In this document: positions 37,891 to 47,955 of the stretch, piece after piece
Position numbering within the stretch: position 1 is the stretch's first letter
Layout: each line of letters begins with the position of its first letter
From: Akkermansiaceae bacterium
GTDB taxonomy: Bacteria; Verrucomicrobiota; Verrucomicrobiia; Verrucomicrobiales; Akkermansiaceae
Direction: 5' to 3'
Length of the DNA: 64,000 bases
Assembly: GCA_051251915.1 (NCBI GenBank)
Contig: JBPOGF010000004.1
Location: 64,001-128,000 of the forward strand
Translations under genes and position numbers: made by a program
Notes under the pieces: generated by a model
Databases searched by the model: none
What the model was told of the DNA's origin: nothing
What the model saw: the letters and a program-made list of their open reading frames with translations, nothing else

Positions 37891-40569
37891 TTATGAGTTT
37901 CTAAAGAGGTCGCTTTTGATGATGTTTAGGATGAGGGTTTTTAGTCCGTCTCCGTTTTTGCGGGTTTGTGCGGTGATCTTTTCGATCTGGGCGTGGTCTG
38001 AGAAGTTGAGTGGTCTGCCGAGGGCGTAGCAGGCGAGTTTGTGGACCATGGCGCGGGCGAATTGGTCTTGTCGATTTTCTAGAAGATAGCTTTTTAGTCC
38101 GTTGATGCCAACGATTTTTGTTTTGTCGACTAGGTAGCTTTGGGCGTCTACTGGTTTGCCGTTGATGTTATTTCTGAAGAGGCCGACTGCGTCGTATTCT
38201 TCAAATACGATTCCCCAGGGGTCGATTTTGATGTGGCATGATGAGCAGGCTGGGTCGTTGCGGTGGTCTTCCATGCGTTCTTTGAGGGTCATTTTGAGGA
38301 TGTTGGGGTCTGTGAGGTCGATCTCTGGGACGGCTGGTGGTGGTGGTGGTGGTGGGTCGTGGAGGATGTTTTCTAGGAGCCAGATGCCGCGTTTGAGTGG
38401 GTGGGAGTCGTTGCCATCTGAGTTCATGGCGAGGAGGCCGGGTTGGGTGAGGAGGCCGCCGCGGGTTGATTTTAGTTCTGGGGGGAGTTTGACTTTACGG
38501 AAGTGGTTTCCGTAGATGCCTGAGATGCCGTAGTGGTGGGCGAGGGTGGCGTCTAGGTAGGCGTGGTCTGAGTGGATGAAGTCGATAATGGAGTGGTCAT
38601 GGGTGAGCATGTCTTGGAACATGGCGACGGGCTCTTGTTGCATGGATTTCAGGGTGGAGGGGGAGAACTGGGGGTAAGTTTTTTTGTTTATTTCGAGTTG
38701 TTTTAGGAGGTCGAGGTTGAGCCATTGGTCGGTGAAGTGTTTTGTGAAGCGGTGGGCGCGTGGGTCTGCGAGCATGCGTTCTGCTTGGGCGGCTAGGGTG
38801 TGAGGGTCGCGGATTTTTCCTGATTTGGCGAGGTTTAGAAGTTCTTGATTTGGCTGGCTGGACCACAGGAAGTAGGAGAGGCGGGATGCGAGTTCGTAGT
38901 CTGATGGTGAGTGGGCGGATTGTGAGATGTAGATGAAGTGGGGTGATGAGAGGATGGAGGCGATGACTTCTAGGATGGTTTCTTGGAAGTCGTTGTAGGC
39001 TGGGCGGATGGTTTGGAAGAGTTTGAGTTTGCGTGTGATTTCATCGTCGGTGACGGGGCGTCTCCATGCTTTTGGCATGAAGTGGGTGAGGATGGTGCGG
39101 GCTTGGTGGGTCTCTGATAGGGTTTTATTTTGTGTTGGGAAGATGGTTAGGTGTGATGCTGGGGGCCATTGTTGTTTGTAGGGTGCGATGACTTCGATGT
39201 AGTCGATGATGACGTTGGCGTTTTCTTCATTTTCTCCTTGGTAGGAGTTGGTGATTTGGAAATACTCGGCTGGGTTTGGGCGTGCTTCTGGGCTGGCGGT
39301 TCTGAGGTATGGGTTGCGCTCTAGGGCGTCTAGGGGGATGGTCCACTCGTAGAATTCGGGTTTTTCTGGTGGTGCTGTGATGGCGATTTGTTTGGCATTT
39401 ACTTGGTATTCGGAGTCTGAGTTGTTGTTGGGTTTGTGGCCGAACTGGAGTGAGACGCTGGGGTTGTCTGGGTTGTTTGCTATGGCTTGGTGGGCGCGGA
39501 AGCGGATGCGGATGGAGCCTCTGTCTGGAAGTGTGTTTCCAAGCCAGATTTTATGTGCGTTGTCTGCTGGGATGATGAGGATGTGGGGTTGGAGGTCTGG
39601 AGGGGTGGTGGGGAGTTCTGTGACGGGGCTCCAGGGGCTGAATCCGTAGGGGATTTTGTAGCTCCAGCCTTTGCCTGTTTTTTTGTTGTAGAAGTGGGTT
39701 CTGGTGGATCTGAATTTGTCGCCATTTTTTTGTTCGCGAGCGTCTTGGTAGAGGGATTTGAAGTTGCCATCGATGGCGTTATCGAGGATGAGGACTTTTT
39801 TACGTTCTTGGAAGTAGTCTGATCTTTCTTTTGCCCAGTTGATGAGTTGTTCGCCGCCTTTTTCCATGGTCATGGAGAAGTAGGTGGGGGTTGGAGCGTC
39901 GCCTATAATGGTGGCGGCTTGGAGGGCTTGGCGGGCGATGTCTCGGTAGATGGAGAATTGTTGTGAGGTCATTTGGAGGCGTTCGGAGCTGTTGCGGAAG
40001 CCGTCTTCTGAGGGGGTTTCTGGGGGGAGGTTTTGGGAAAAGTCGTGTGGGAGGTGGAGGAGGTCTTGTAGTGCGTAGCTGTATTCGTAGCGGGTCATGC
40101 GGCGGAAAGAGGTGTGTCCGCCTTGGCTGCGTTTTACTTGTGAGGCGATGAGGACTTGGCCGGAGAGCCAGTCGATGAGTTTGCCGCGGTTTTGAGGGGA
40201 GATGTCTACGTCTTTTTCCTCTGGGGGCATTTCGTTGTTAGAGAGGACTTCGATGACTTCAAGCCAGTAGTCGGCATCGTGGCCGTTGATGAGGTCTGGG
40301 TTTAGTTCGTCTAGACGGAGGTCGCCTTTTTGTTTGTCTGGGCCGTGGCAGGGGTAGCAGGATTCTTTTAAGATGGGGGCGATTTGTGTTTGGAAGCCTT
40401 TGAGGTCTGGTTTGGTTTGGGTGGAGTGTGGGGTGACTTGTTGTTTGAGGTATTTTGAGGATTGGGTGCCGAGTTTTTTTAGTTCGTTGAGGACGGGGTG
40501 TTCGGTAGCGCTTACAGAGAGTGTAAGGGCTAGGAATGCGAGAATGATTTTGAATACTGGTGGTTTCAT
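37891..40569 (-). CDS. DUF1592-type multidomain protein with planctomycete cytochrome c
   Basis: CYPCHG, MPP, RRMTRYEY, ELASRLSYFLWSS.P, RGGLLTQ, PLKRG.W, CSSCH, YALGR. Confidence 0.88.
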   Translation of the reverse strand: MKPPVFKIILAFLALTLSVSATEHPVLNELKKLGTQSSKYLKQQVTPHSTQTKPDLKGFQTQIAPILKESCYPCHGPDKQKGDLRLDELNPDLINGHDADYWLEVIEVLSNNEMPPEEKDVDISPQNRGKLIDWLSGQVLIASQVKRSQGGHTSFRRMTRYEYSYALQDLLHLPHDFSQNLPPETPSEDGFRNSSERLQMTSQQFSIYRDIARQALQAATIIGDAPTPTYFSMTMEKGGEQLINWAKERSDYFQERKKVLILDNAIDGNFKSLYQDAREQKNGDKFRSTRTHFYNKKTGKGWSYKIPYGFSPWSPVTELPTTPPDLQPHILIIPADNAHKIWLGNTLPDRGSIRIRFRAHQAIANNPDNPSVSLQFGHKPNNNSDSEYQVNAKQIAITAPPEKPEFYEWTIPLDALERNPYLRTASPEARPNPAEYFQITNSYQGENEENANVIIDYIEVIAPYKQQWPPASHLTIFPTQNKTLSETHQARTILTHFMPKAWRRPVTDDEITRKLKLFQTIRPAYNDFQETILEVIASILSSPHFIYISQSAHSPSDYELASRLSYFLWSSQPNQELLNLAKSGKIRDPHTLAAQAERMLADPRAHRFTKHFTDQWLNLDLLKQLEINKKTYPQFSPSTLKSMQQEPVAMFQDMLTHDHSIIDFIHSDHAYLDATLAHHYGISGIYGNHFRKVKLPPELKSTRGGLLTQPGLLAMNSDGNDSHPLKRGIWLLENILHDPPPPPPPAVPEIDLTDPNILKMTLKERMEDHRNDPACSSCHIKIDPWGIVFEEYDAVGLFRNNINGKPVDAQSYLVDKTKIVGINGLKSYLLENRQDQFARAMVHKLACYALGRPLNFSDHAQIEKITAQTRKNGDGLKTLILNIIKSDLFRNS

Positions 40570-40751
40570 TTTATGGAATGATATGATTCTAGATGTTTAC
40601 GTCTATGAAAAAGAGTAACTTGCATTTCTGGGGTGACTACTAGAGATTATTTATCACGAGTTTTTGAGAATGGTGTATGATGAAGTTTTTTTTAACCGAA
40701 CATGTTCTATTGATAGACAAGTGATTCATGATTTATAGAATAGCGATTGTG

Positions 40752-41474
40752 ATGAAGAATTTATCTCTGTTTGTTTTACTGATGTCGATTTTGACTGGGA
40801 GTGTGGTTGGGAAGAGTGTGGTTGGGAAAGAAGGTGTGATCTTGTTGCATGGGCTTTGCAGGTCATCGTCTAGTATGGAGAAGATGGCTAGGGAGCTACG
40901 GCGATCTGGGTTTGTGGTGGAGAATGTGGCTTATGCTTCTCGATCAGCTAAGATTAGAGAACTGGCTGAAGTAGCTATTGGATCTGCTCTGCAAAGTGAG
41001 AGCATCCGGTCTTGTTCGAAGGTTCATTTTGTCACTCATTCTTTGGGAGGAATTTTGGTGAGAAGCTATTTGGACGAGAAGGAGATTAAGCGATTAGGTC
41101 GGGTTGTGATGTTGTCTCCGCCAAATCAAGGGAGTGAGGTAGTGGATAAATTGGGTTCGTGGAAGGTGTTTCGGGCGATTAATGGTCCTGCTGGTGGTGA
41201 GTTGGGGACTGGTGTGAATTCGGTTCCGAATCAGTTGGGGAGAATTAATTTTGAATGCGGAGTGATTACGGGTGATCGGTCGATTAACTGGATCAATAGT
41301 CTGATGATTCCGGGTAAGGATGATGGGAAGGTGTCTGTTGTAAGATCCAATACTTTAGGTGTGAAAGAGCATAGAGTGATGCATGTTACCCATCCTTATA
41401 TTATGAAGAATAAAAAGGTGATTTTAGAGGTTGTGCATTTTTTGGTGAATGGGGAATTTATTGTGGTGGAGTAG
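40752..41474 (+). CDS. Alpha/beta-hydrolase (lipase/esterase-like), secreted
   Basis: VILLHGL, THSLGG nucleophile elbow, PPNQGS, DGKV, H. Confidence 0.85.
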   Translation: MKNLSLFVLLMSILTGSVVGKSVVGKEGVILLHGLCRSSSSMEKMARELRRSGFVVENVAYASRSAKIRELAEVAIGSALQSESIRSCSKVHFVTHSLGGILVRSYLDEKEIKRLGRVVMLSPPNQGSEVVDKLGSWKVFRAINGPAGGELGTGVNSVPNQLGRINFECGVITGDRSINWINSLMIPGKDDGKVSVVRSNTLGVKEHRVMHVTHPYIMKNKKVILEVVHFLVNGEFIVVE

Positions 41475-41605
41475 TTTTTTATTATATCTATGAAGATAGA
41501 ATTCTTGTTGATATTGTAAGTGTTGGGCAAAGGAGGGGTATTTATGAGTAGAGGGGGAGTGACCAGGCTTAGCTTTGTAGTAAGTTGTGTCTGGTACCAG
41601 ATTTC

Positions 41606-42481
41606 TTAGTGCTTGAGGCTTTTTATCCAAGCGATGTCGTTGGGATGAAGGTAGGAGGGGTTATTGTTTTTGACTCGGATTGCGTAGATGGTGGTGATGG
41701 CTTCTGCTGCGATGAGGATTTGTTTTACTTGTTGGAGATCATCCCATAGGTCTAGGCTTTCAGTGAGTGGGTCGTGATTTGGATCGCTGGTGTGGAGGGA
41801 TTTTTGGAGTAGTTGAAGTGCTGGGTTAATAGTGATTTCTGGAGCTAACTGCTGTACTTCTTGTTCTGCTGTTTTGTTAGCCTCTTTCTCAGCAGATTTT
41901 TGTTTTCTGTTTTTTAGGAAGCTGGAAAAGTGATCTAGTCCGCTGGAGGTGAGTTTGGAGCTGAGTGAAGGGAGTAGGGCTTTGGCTGCGATGCCGACTC
42001 CTAGTAGAGGGTTGGCTACTGCGACTATTCCGCCGATGACGAGTAGACCGTTGGTGATGGTGTTGGTTTTCTGGTCGATCTCTTCGGCGATGATGTCGAG
42101 TCGGTGGGCGGTGGTGGAGTGGGTGTCTAGTTCTTTGAGTTTGTTTTGGCTGATTTGTTGTTTGAGTAGGTGTTCTAGTTTTTCTAGTGATTCGTTGTTG
42201 GGGAGCTGGAAGATTCGTTTTTTTGTTAGGTTGTTTTGTGTGCTGTGACCTTCTGGGAGGACGCGTTTGGTGTAGAGCGAGAATCCGGCTTCTGTTTCTC
42301 GATCTGGAACTAGAAGGTAATGTGTTTCATCATAGAGTTGATTTTCTGTGATGAGTGCTTCTGATGAGGTGAAGAGGTTTAGGTCGCCTAGCAGGCCTTT
42401 GAAATAGCTTGTGCCGTCCTCGGTAATGGCTCCGACTTTATTTAGGAAGTCGGTGAGATTAGTTTTTAGTGAGTTGAGCAT
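41606..42481 (-). CDS. Hypothetical protein with a central hydrophobic hairpin
   Basis: Long ORF with lagging-strand codon style; GLLVIGGIVAVANPLLGVGIAAKALL segment; start uncertain. Confidence 0.65.
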   Translation of the reverse strand: MLNSLKTNLTDFLNKVGAITEDGTSYFKGLLGDLNLFTSSEALITENQLYDETHYLLVPDRETEAGFSLYTKRVLPEGHSTQNNLTKKRIFQLPNNESLEKLEHLLKQQISQNKLKELDTHSTTAHRLDIIAEEIDQKTNTITNGLLVIGGIVAVANPLLGVGIAAKALLPSLSSKLTSSGLDHFSSFLKNRKQKSAEKEANKTAEQEVQQLAPEITINPALQLLQKSLHTSDPNHDPLTESLDLWDDLQQVKQILIAAEAITTIYAIRVKNNNPSYLHPNDIAWIKSLKH

Positions 42482-42570
42482 GATGGCTTCTGGTAGTTGT
42501 AATATTGTGCATTCAACCATCTGTTCTTGGAGGTTACAAGCGTATACCGGAGAGCGTAGAATCATCAATC

Positions 42571-42730
42571 ATGGAGGTTGACTGGGTGGGAGAGGGTGGG
42601 CGATTTTTGATGGAGGGGGTGGAGGAGTGGGCTAGGAAGAATGGTTGTGCGTTTAATACAGTGGCTACTCGTAGGGCGGGGGCATTTTATGAGGCTATTA
42701 ATTATGATGGGAGTGCGGGGGATAAAAAAA
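42571..42730 (+). pseudogene. GNAT acetyltransferase C-terminal remnant
   Basis: GEGGRFLMEGVEEWARKNGC...VATRRAGAFYEAINY resembles GNAT motifs A/B; no N-terminal half. Confidence 0.5.
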
Positions 42731-42756
42731 AGCTATCACCGTATGGCGATAGCTTT
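42724..42756 (-). terminator. Intrinsic terminator after small lipoprotein gene
   Basis: AAAGCTATCACC-GTAT-GGCGATAGCTTT with A8 on the left (T-tail on minus strand). Confidence 0.75.
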
Positions 42757-42783
42757 AGATTATTTAAATGATTAAATTAACGA

Positions 42784-43098
42784 CTATTTTCCACTTCCGA
42801 TATCGGTTGCCGTATTCAATAATTTATCTTTAGCTGCTTTAAGTCGCTCTTTTTGATCATCAGAGAGTGAATCTTCGTCTTTCAGGTCGACTCCTAGCTC
42901 TTCTGCTTTTTTCTTAAGTTCTTTCCCTTCTTTCATTAGCTCCATTAGTTTCGCTGCGTCTCCTTCTTTCATGGCTGCCGCCGTTTTTTCCATTATTTCG
43001 ATAGATTCATCGACTAATTGATCTTTGGGGTTTTCTCCGCATGAACTGAAGATAAATGCTGATAAAGCGACGAGTAGAATATTAAGTATTTTTTTCAT
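42784..43098 (-). CDS. Small helical lipoprotein
   Basis: MKKILNILLVALSAFIFSSC lipobox; Lys/Glu-rich helices. Confidence 0.8.
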   Translation of the reverse strand: MKKILNILLVALSAFIFSSCGENPKDQLVDESIEIMEKTAAAMKEGDAAKLMELMKEGKELKKKAEELGVDLKDEDSLSDDQKERLKAAKDKLLNTATDIGSGK

Positions 43099-43285
43099 AG
43101 TGTAGTATGGTTTATTCCCCTTGTATGAGGTAACTGTGAAGAAGCTTAATGAAACTGCTGTAGATGGGAATAAAATAGTTAGCATAATATATTATACCCA
43201 TGGCTTGCTTCGGGATGTCATGGATTATGGGATAGGCTTTCAGCCCTGCTTGTAGGTTGAAACTGGAGGTGAGAGGGAGTTGGGG

Positions 43286-45862
43286 CTATTCGATGAGGGT
43301 GGCTTGGGTGGTGGGGACCCAGGCTTGGCGGTGGTCGGGGAGTTGGATGTGGTGCCAGTTTTGACGGGTTTCTAGGAGGTGGAATTCTAGGCCGTCTTTT
43401 AGGGGGAGGTCGAAGGCGTTTGCGTAGGCGTAGCTGGGGCCTTTTTTGCTGTTTACTTGGTTGGTGGTGATGATGCCGGTGGGTTTTTGTTGGGCGAGTT
43501 TGATGGTGGTGGTTGTGAGGAGGGTGAGGAAGATGATGGTGGTTGTTAGGGTGGCTTTTTGGAGGGGTTTGGTTCTGTGGCGGAGGTGGAGGAGGGTGAA
43601 TATGGCGAGGATGATGAGGGTGGCTAGGGTGGTGGTTTTTAGGGTGATGAGGGGGATTTTTTGCCAGGTGGTTTGGGTTAGGGGGACTTCGGTGGCTACT
43701 AGGGAGCGGGCGGAGGTGAGGTTTTTTGTGATGTTTTTGTCCCAGGGGGTGAGTTGTTGGGCGTGGCGGTAGGCGGCGATGCTGTGGCCTAGTTCTCCGG
43801 CTTGGAACCAGGCGTTGCCGGCGTTGTAGTAGGATGTTGCGGGTTGGATGTTTTGTTGGGCGGCGGTTTGGTAGAGGAGGGCGGCTTGGGAGTAGAGTTG
43901 GGGGGAGTTTTTTTCTTGGGCTTGTTGGAAGGTTGTTTGGGCGGTTTCCCAGAGTTCGGCTGAGGCTTTGGCGTCAGCTGCGGTTGTTGTTTGTGGGGAT
44001 AGGGTGAGGAGGGTTGTCAGGAGGATTAGAGGTAAGTTTTTTGTGAGGCGTTTGGCTATTTCTGTTAGGGATGAGTAGTTTGGTGTTTGGTTATTTTTGG
44101 TGTAGGTGGATTGGTCTTGTTGTTGGTGGAGTTTTGTTAGGGTGGTGAGGTCTTGTTGGTTGGCGTTGATTTCTTTTAGGGCTTGGGTGGTGTCGCTGAG
44201 GGTCCAGGCTTGGTTGTTGGTGTGGTGGTGGGAGGCTAGCCAGGATAGGAAGGTGGTCCATTTTTGTGGGCTGTTCGATGGGGCTTTTTGGAAGGCTTTG
44301 AGGGTTTGTTGTTGGAGTTTGTAGGTGGGGTTGAGGGCGCGTTTGCGGGATTTTAGGATGAGGGGGATGAGGATGGCTGTTAGGGTGGTGATGAGGGTGA
44401 GGATGAGCCAGAAGTGGGTGTTGATGGTGTGGAGGAGTTGTTGGATGATGTTGGTCATGGTGCTGTGTTGGTGGTTGTGCCAGATGCCTTGTGGGTTGGT
44501 GGTGAGGGTTTGGGTGGCGTTGAGATTTTTTAGGGGGATGGTGGTTTGCTCTTGGTAGGGGTTTACGGTTAGGGGGATGGGTGGGGTGGTGATGGTTTGG
44601 TAGTTGCCGGTGGTGGTGTTGAAGATGGTGTAGTTTAGTGGGGGAATGTTTTGGATGGTGGTGTTGAGGATGCGGAGGCGCTGGGTGAAGGTGGTGGAGT
44701 GTGGGTGCCAGGTTTTGGCGTAGTCGCCGGTGATGAGGAAGCGTTCGTCTAGATTGGGTTGGTTGGTGAGTGGGGGGAGTGTTAGGAGGGCGGTGGGGGT
44801 GTTTGTTTTTAGGTTGATTTGTAGTTCTAGGAGTTGGCCGATTTCTACGGTGTTTGTGGGTTTGATGTTGGTGGTGATTTCTGTGGGGGTGAAGATGCCG
44901 CTGAAGTTTTGGGATTGTTTGTTGGTGGGGAGGGGGAGGACGGTGATGGTGTGGGCTTCTGATGTGGTGTAGAGTCTGGCGTAGGATTGGTCTTGTTCGG
45001 TGGGGGTGAAGAAGGAGTTGTCGAAGTGGGCGACGTATTGGGCAAAGCCGTCTTTGGGGCTGGAGAGTTTGGAGATTTCTAGTTTGGTGGGTTGGAGCTG
45101 GATGGTTCCGGGTTGGTTGAAGCGGAGGTAGATGGGGAGGGTGATGGTTCCTAGTGATTTTGGGTTGTCTGGGTTTAGTGTGCGGGTGGCGATGGAGCGT
45201 CTGCCGCCGATGGGGAGGCCTACTTGGTTGTCTTCGGGTTGGGTGTTGCGGGGGATGGCGATTTCTATGTTTGGGTCGTTGAAGAAGGAGGGGTTTAGGC
45301 GGAGGTTTTGGAGGGCTGGGGCGTGGATGGTGCTGGTCCAGGTGAGGTTGAAGAGGGTGGGTTCGCCGGCGTAGATTTTGGTTTTGGTGGGGGTGATTGT
45401 TAGGTGGAGTTCATCGCTTCGGGTGAGTTCTGAGGCGATGAGTTGGGTGGGGGTGGTTTGGTATCTTTTGGTTTGGTCTTCAGAGGTGAAGGGGATGGGG
45501 GGGAGGGTGGCGATGCCGGGTTTTCTGACTTGGAATTGGATGATGGCGGCGGATTTAGCGGTTTCGGGGGTGGATTCTTTGGTGTTGGTTTGGTCTATTT
45601 CGTAGGTTTCGATGCTGAGGATGCGGGTGGTGTCGTTTTCTATGGGTTCATAGTCGAGGTCTAGGAGGGGTTGTTCTATGGTGGTGGGGAAGTAGACGAG
45701 GGCGTAGGCGAGTTTGTCTGGGAAGATGGAGCGGGTGGTGATTTCTGGTTTTAGGTGGGTGATGGGGAGTTCTTGTTTTGTGGGTTCATCTGCTCCGTCC
45801 TGAGCGTGGATGGCTAGGGGTAGGAGTGTGATTACGGTGGCGATGGCTAAAAGGAATTTCAT
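43286..45862 (-). CDS. BatD-like protein fused to BatE-like TPR/SH3 module
   Basis: Start ATG 45862 coupled to upstream stop; signal peptide, Ig-like repeats, YYNAGNAWFQ TPR, C-terminal KGPS..Y...W..I.LPD...WVP SH3-like. Confidence 0.75.
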   Translation of the reverse strand: MKFLLAIATVITLLPLAIHAQDGADEPTKQELPITHLKPEITTRSIFPDKLAYALVYFPTTIEQPLLDLDYEPIENDTTRILSIETYEIDQTNTKESTPETAKSAAIIQFQVRKPGIATLPPIPFTSEDQTKRYQTTPTQLIASELTRSDELHLTITPTKTKIYAGEPTLFNLTWTSTIHAPALQNLRLNPSFFNDPNIEIAIPRNTQPEDNQVGLPIGGRRSIATRTLNPDNPKSLGTITLPIYLRFNQPGTIQLQPTKLEISKLSSPKDGFAQYVAHFDNSFFTPTEQDQSYARLYTTSEAHTITVLPLPTNKQSQNFSGIFTPTEITTNIKPTNTVEIGQLLELQINLKTNTPTALLTLPPLTNQPNLDERFLITGDYAKTWHPHSTTFTQRLRILNTTIQNIPPLNYTIFNTTTGNYQTITTPPIPLTVNPYQEQTTIPLKNLNATQTLTTNPQGIWHNHQHSTMTNIIQQLLHTINTHFWLILTLITTLTAILIPLILKSRKRALNPTYKLQQQTLKAFQKAPSNSPQKWTTFLSWLASHHHTNNQAWTLSDTTQALKEINANQQDLTTLTKLHQQQDQSTYTKNNQTPNYSSLTEIAKRLTKNLPLILLTTLLTLSPQTTTAADAKASAELWETAQTTFQQAQEKNSPQLYSQAALLYQTAAQQNIQPATSYYNAGNAWFQAGELGHSIAAYRHAQQLTPWDKNITKNLTSARSLVATEVPLTQTTWQKIPLITLKTTTLATLIILAIFTLLHLRHRTKPLQKATLTTTIIFLTLLTTTTIKLAQQKPTGIITTNQVNSKKGPSYAYANAFDLPLKDGLEFHLLETRQNWHHIQLPDHRQAWVPTTQATLIE

Positions 45863-47955
45863 TAGTAGTCTTTTTTGACTTTGGCGGCGTTTTGGTCGGC
45901 GCGTTTTTCTTGGCGGAACTGGAGGTTGCTTTGTTCTTCTTGGAGGATGTCTTCTGCTGAGTAGTTGGGTTCTGGGAGGGCTTGCATTTGGGAGGTGGAG
46001 GAGAGGTCTCCTTGCATGCTTTCTGAGGTGGTGGTGCTTTCGCCGTCTTCGTCTGATTCTTCGTAGTCGCCTTCGTCGTCCTCGTATTCTTCGCTGTCTT
46101 CGTCTGAGGTTTGGTCTGAGTTGCTGGATAGGAGGTCGATGATTTCTTGGAGGAGGGTGATGGCGTTTGCTTGTGGGCTGCGGGAGGCTGACCACTCGGA
46201 GCGGTCGGCGAGGGTGTTGGTGGCGGTTTGTTGGGAGGTGATGACTTGGTCGATGTAGGTGAGGGGTTTGGTCATGATGGATTCTGGGGCCTGGTCTGGG
46301 GTGGGGCTGGGCATCATGAGTTTTTGGTGAAGTTTTAACATGACTTCTTTGGAGGTGGTGGATCTAGAGGTAAGTTTTTGTTGGGACTCGTTGTAGAGTT
46401 TGGCGAGGGTGATGACTTCTGGGGTGGTGTGGTTTTTGTGTTGTCTTTCGCTGATGCGGACGTCTTCTTTGAGTTTGGTTTGGGCGTCGAGGATGCTTTG
46501 GAGTTCTTGGATGAGGGCTTGGATTTCTTTTTCTAGGGCTTCGTCTGCTTGTTGTTGTTTTTTCTGGATTTCTTCTAGGGTGTTGATCCAGGTGGAGGTG
46601 GTGATGATGCGTTTGGCGGCGCGGGTGTAGTTGGTGTCGTAGCGTTTGGCGGAGAGGAAGGATTGTTGGGCTTTGAGGGCGTAGGTTAGGGCTTGGGTGG
46701 TGGACTCATCGGCTTGTTGTTGGGAGAGTTGGTAGTAGCAGAGGCCTTGGTTGTAGGTGGTGGCGGCGAGGGTTTTTGAGTCTGCTGGTTGGTCGTTTAG
46801 TTGTTGGTAAAGTTCGGAGAGTTTTTCGTTTGCTTCTTCGTATTTCTTTTCTGCCATTAGGGATGAAGCGGTGTTGAAGTTGGTTTGGTTTTGATTTTGG
46901 TTTTCTGCGGCGTTTAATGGGGAGTGGTAGAGGGTGAAGATGAGGGCGGCGGCGTGGCCGAGTTGGAGTCCTTTGAGGCCCCAGCATTCTGCTAGGATGA
47001 GGAGGATGATGGCGGGGGCGAGGAAGTAGATGGAGGCGTCTTGGTAGAGGGTGAAGCCGTTTTCGCTGTCGGAGGTGGCGGTGGTTTTGTCTTTGGCGTA
47101 GTCGATGTAGAGTTGGCCGAGGTTGAAGGGGGCGGTGGCTACGGGGTGGTATGTGGCGCGGCTGGATTGGTGGGCGAGGTTGGTTAGGGTGGCGTCGTCT
47201 AGGCGGGTGAAGATGGTTTTTCCGTCGATGGTGAGGTCTTCATTATTTCCTTCAGGGGTGGTGATGGGAATGGGGGATGATTGGTTTGGGTTGCCGATTC
47301 CGATGATGAGGGTGTCTGCTTTGTGGGTGTCTAACAGCTGGGCAATTTTGGGGATTTTGGAGCCGTGGTCGCCGCCGTCTGTTAGGATGATGATGTCTTG
47401 GACGTTTTCGCGTTGGCCGTTAGGTAGAAATACTTGGTCGACGATTTTTTCTATGGCTGACTGCATGGTGGTGCCGCCGAAGTCTACGGAGCGGGGGTGG
47501 GCTTGGTCTAACATGTGGGCAACGAAGTCGTGGTCGTAGGTGAGGGGGCAGAGGATGGAGGCGCTGCCGGCGTAGACGACGAGGCCGACGCGCTCGGTGT
47601 CTAGGGTTTCTAGGGCGTCTCGGATGCCTTGTTTGGCGACTTCTAGGCGGGATGGGATGACGTCTTGGGCGAGCATGGAGCGGGAGACGTCTAGGGCGAA
47701 GACGACGTCGCGGCCGGTGGTGGAGATGGATTGGGTCTGGGGGGAGTGTCCGGGTTTGGCAAGGGCGGCGATGGCTAGGGTGAGGGCGGTGAGGCGGAGG
47801 ATGTCGCGGAGTTTGCGGTGGGTGCTGTATTTTGTGCCGAGGGCTTGGGTGACGATGCGGCGTTTGGCGCGGGCGCGGTGGAGTAGCCAGCCTAGGGGGA
47901 TGAGTAGGATGAGTAGGAGTAGCGCGGTCGGGCTCTGGAATGTGAATGAGGTCAT
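45862..47955 (-). CDS. BatB-like VWA domain protein with TPR/coiled-coil extension
   Basis: DVSRSM MIDAS, PSRLE, PLTYD, LTDG, YNQG TPR, acidic tail, terminal KKDY. Confidence 0.82.
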   Translation of the reverse strand: MTSFTFQSPTALLLLILLIPLGWLLHRARAKRRIVTQALGTKYSTHRKLRDILRLTALTLAIAALAKPGHSPQTQSISTTGRDVVFALDVSRSMLAQDVIPSRLEVAKQGIRDALETLDTERVGLVVYAGSASILCPLTYDHDFVAHMLDQAHPRSVDFGGTTMQSAIEKIVDQVFLPNGQRENVQDIIILTDGGDHGSKIPKIAQLLDTHKADTLIIGIGNPNQSSPIPITTPEGNNEDLTIDGKTIFTRLDDATLTNLAHQSSRATYHPVATAPFNLGQLYIDYAKDKTTATSDSENGFTLYQDASIYFLAPAIILLILAECWGLKGLQLGHAAALIFTLYHSPLNAAENQNQNQTNFNTASSLMAEKKYEEANEKLSELYQQLNDQPADSKTLAATTYNQGLCYYQLSQQQADESTTQALTYALKAQQSFLSAKRYDTNYTRAAKRIITTSTWINTLEEIQKKQQQADEALEKEIQALIQELQSILDAQTKLKEDVRISERQHKNHTTPEVITLAKLYNESQQKLTSRSTTSKEVMLKLHQKLMMPSPTPDQAPESIMTKPLTYIDQVITSQQTATNTLADRSEWSASRSPQANAITLLQEIIDLLSSNSDQTSDEDSEEYEDDEGDYEESDEDGESTTTSESMQGDLSSTSQMQALPEPNYSAEDILQEEQSNLQFRQEKRADQNAAKVKKDY

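Noticed and set aside
45863..46195. Arg/Pro-rich N-terminal extension of the 969-aa ORF
   Set aside because: It overlaps the BatB-like gene in another frame; the real start is the coupled ATG at 45862 followed by a signal peptide.
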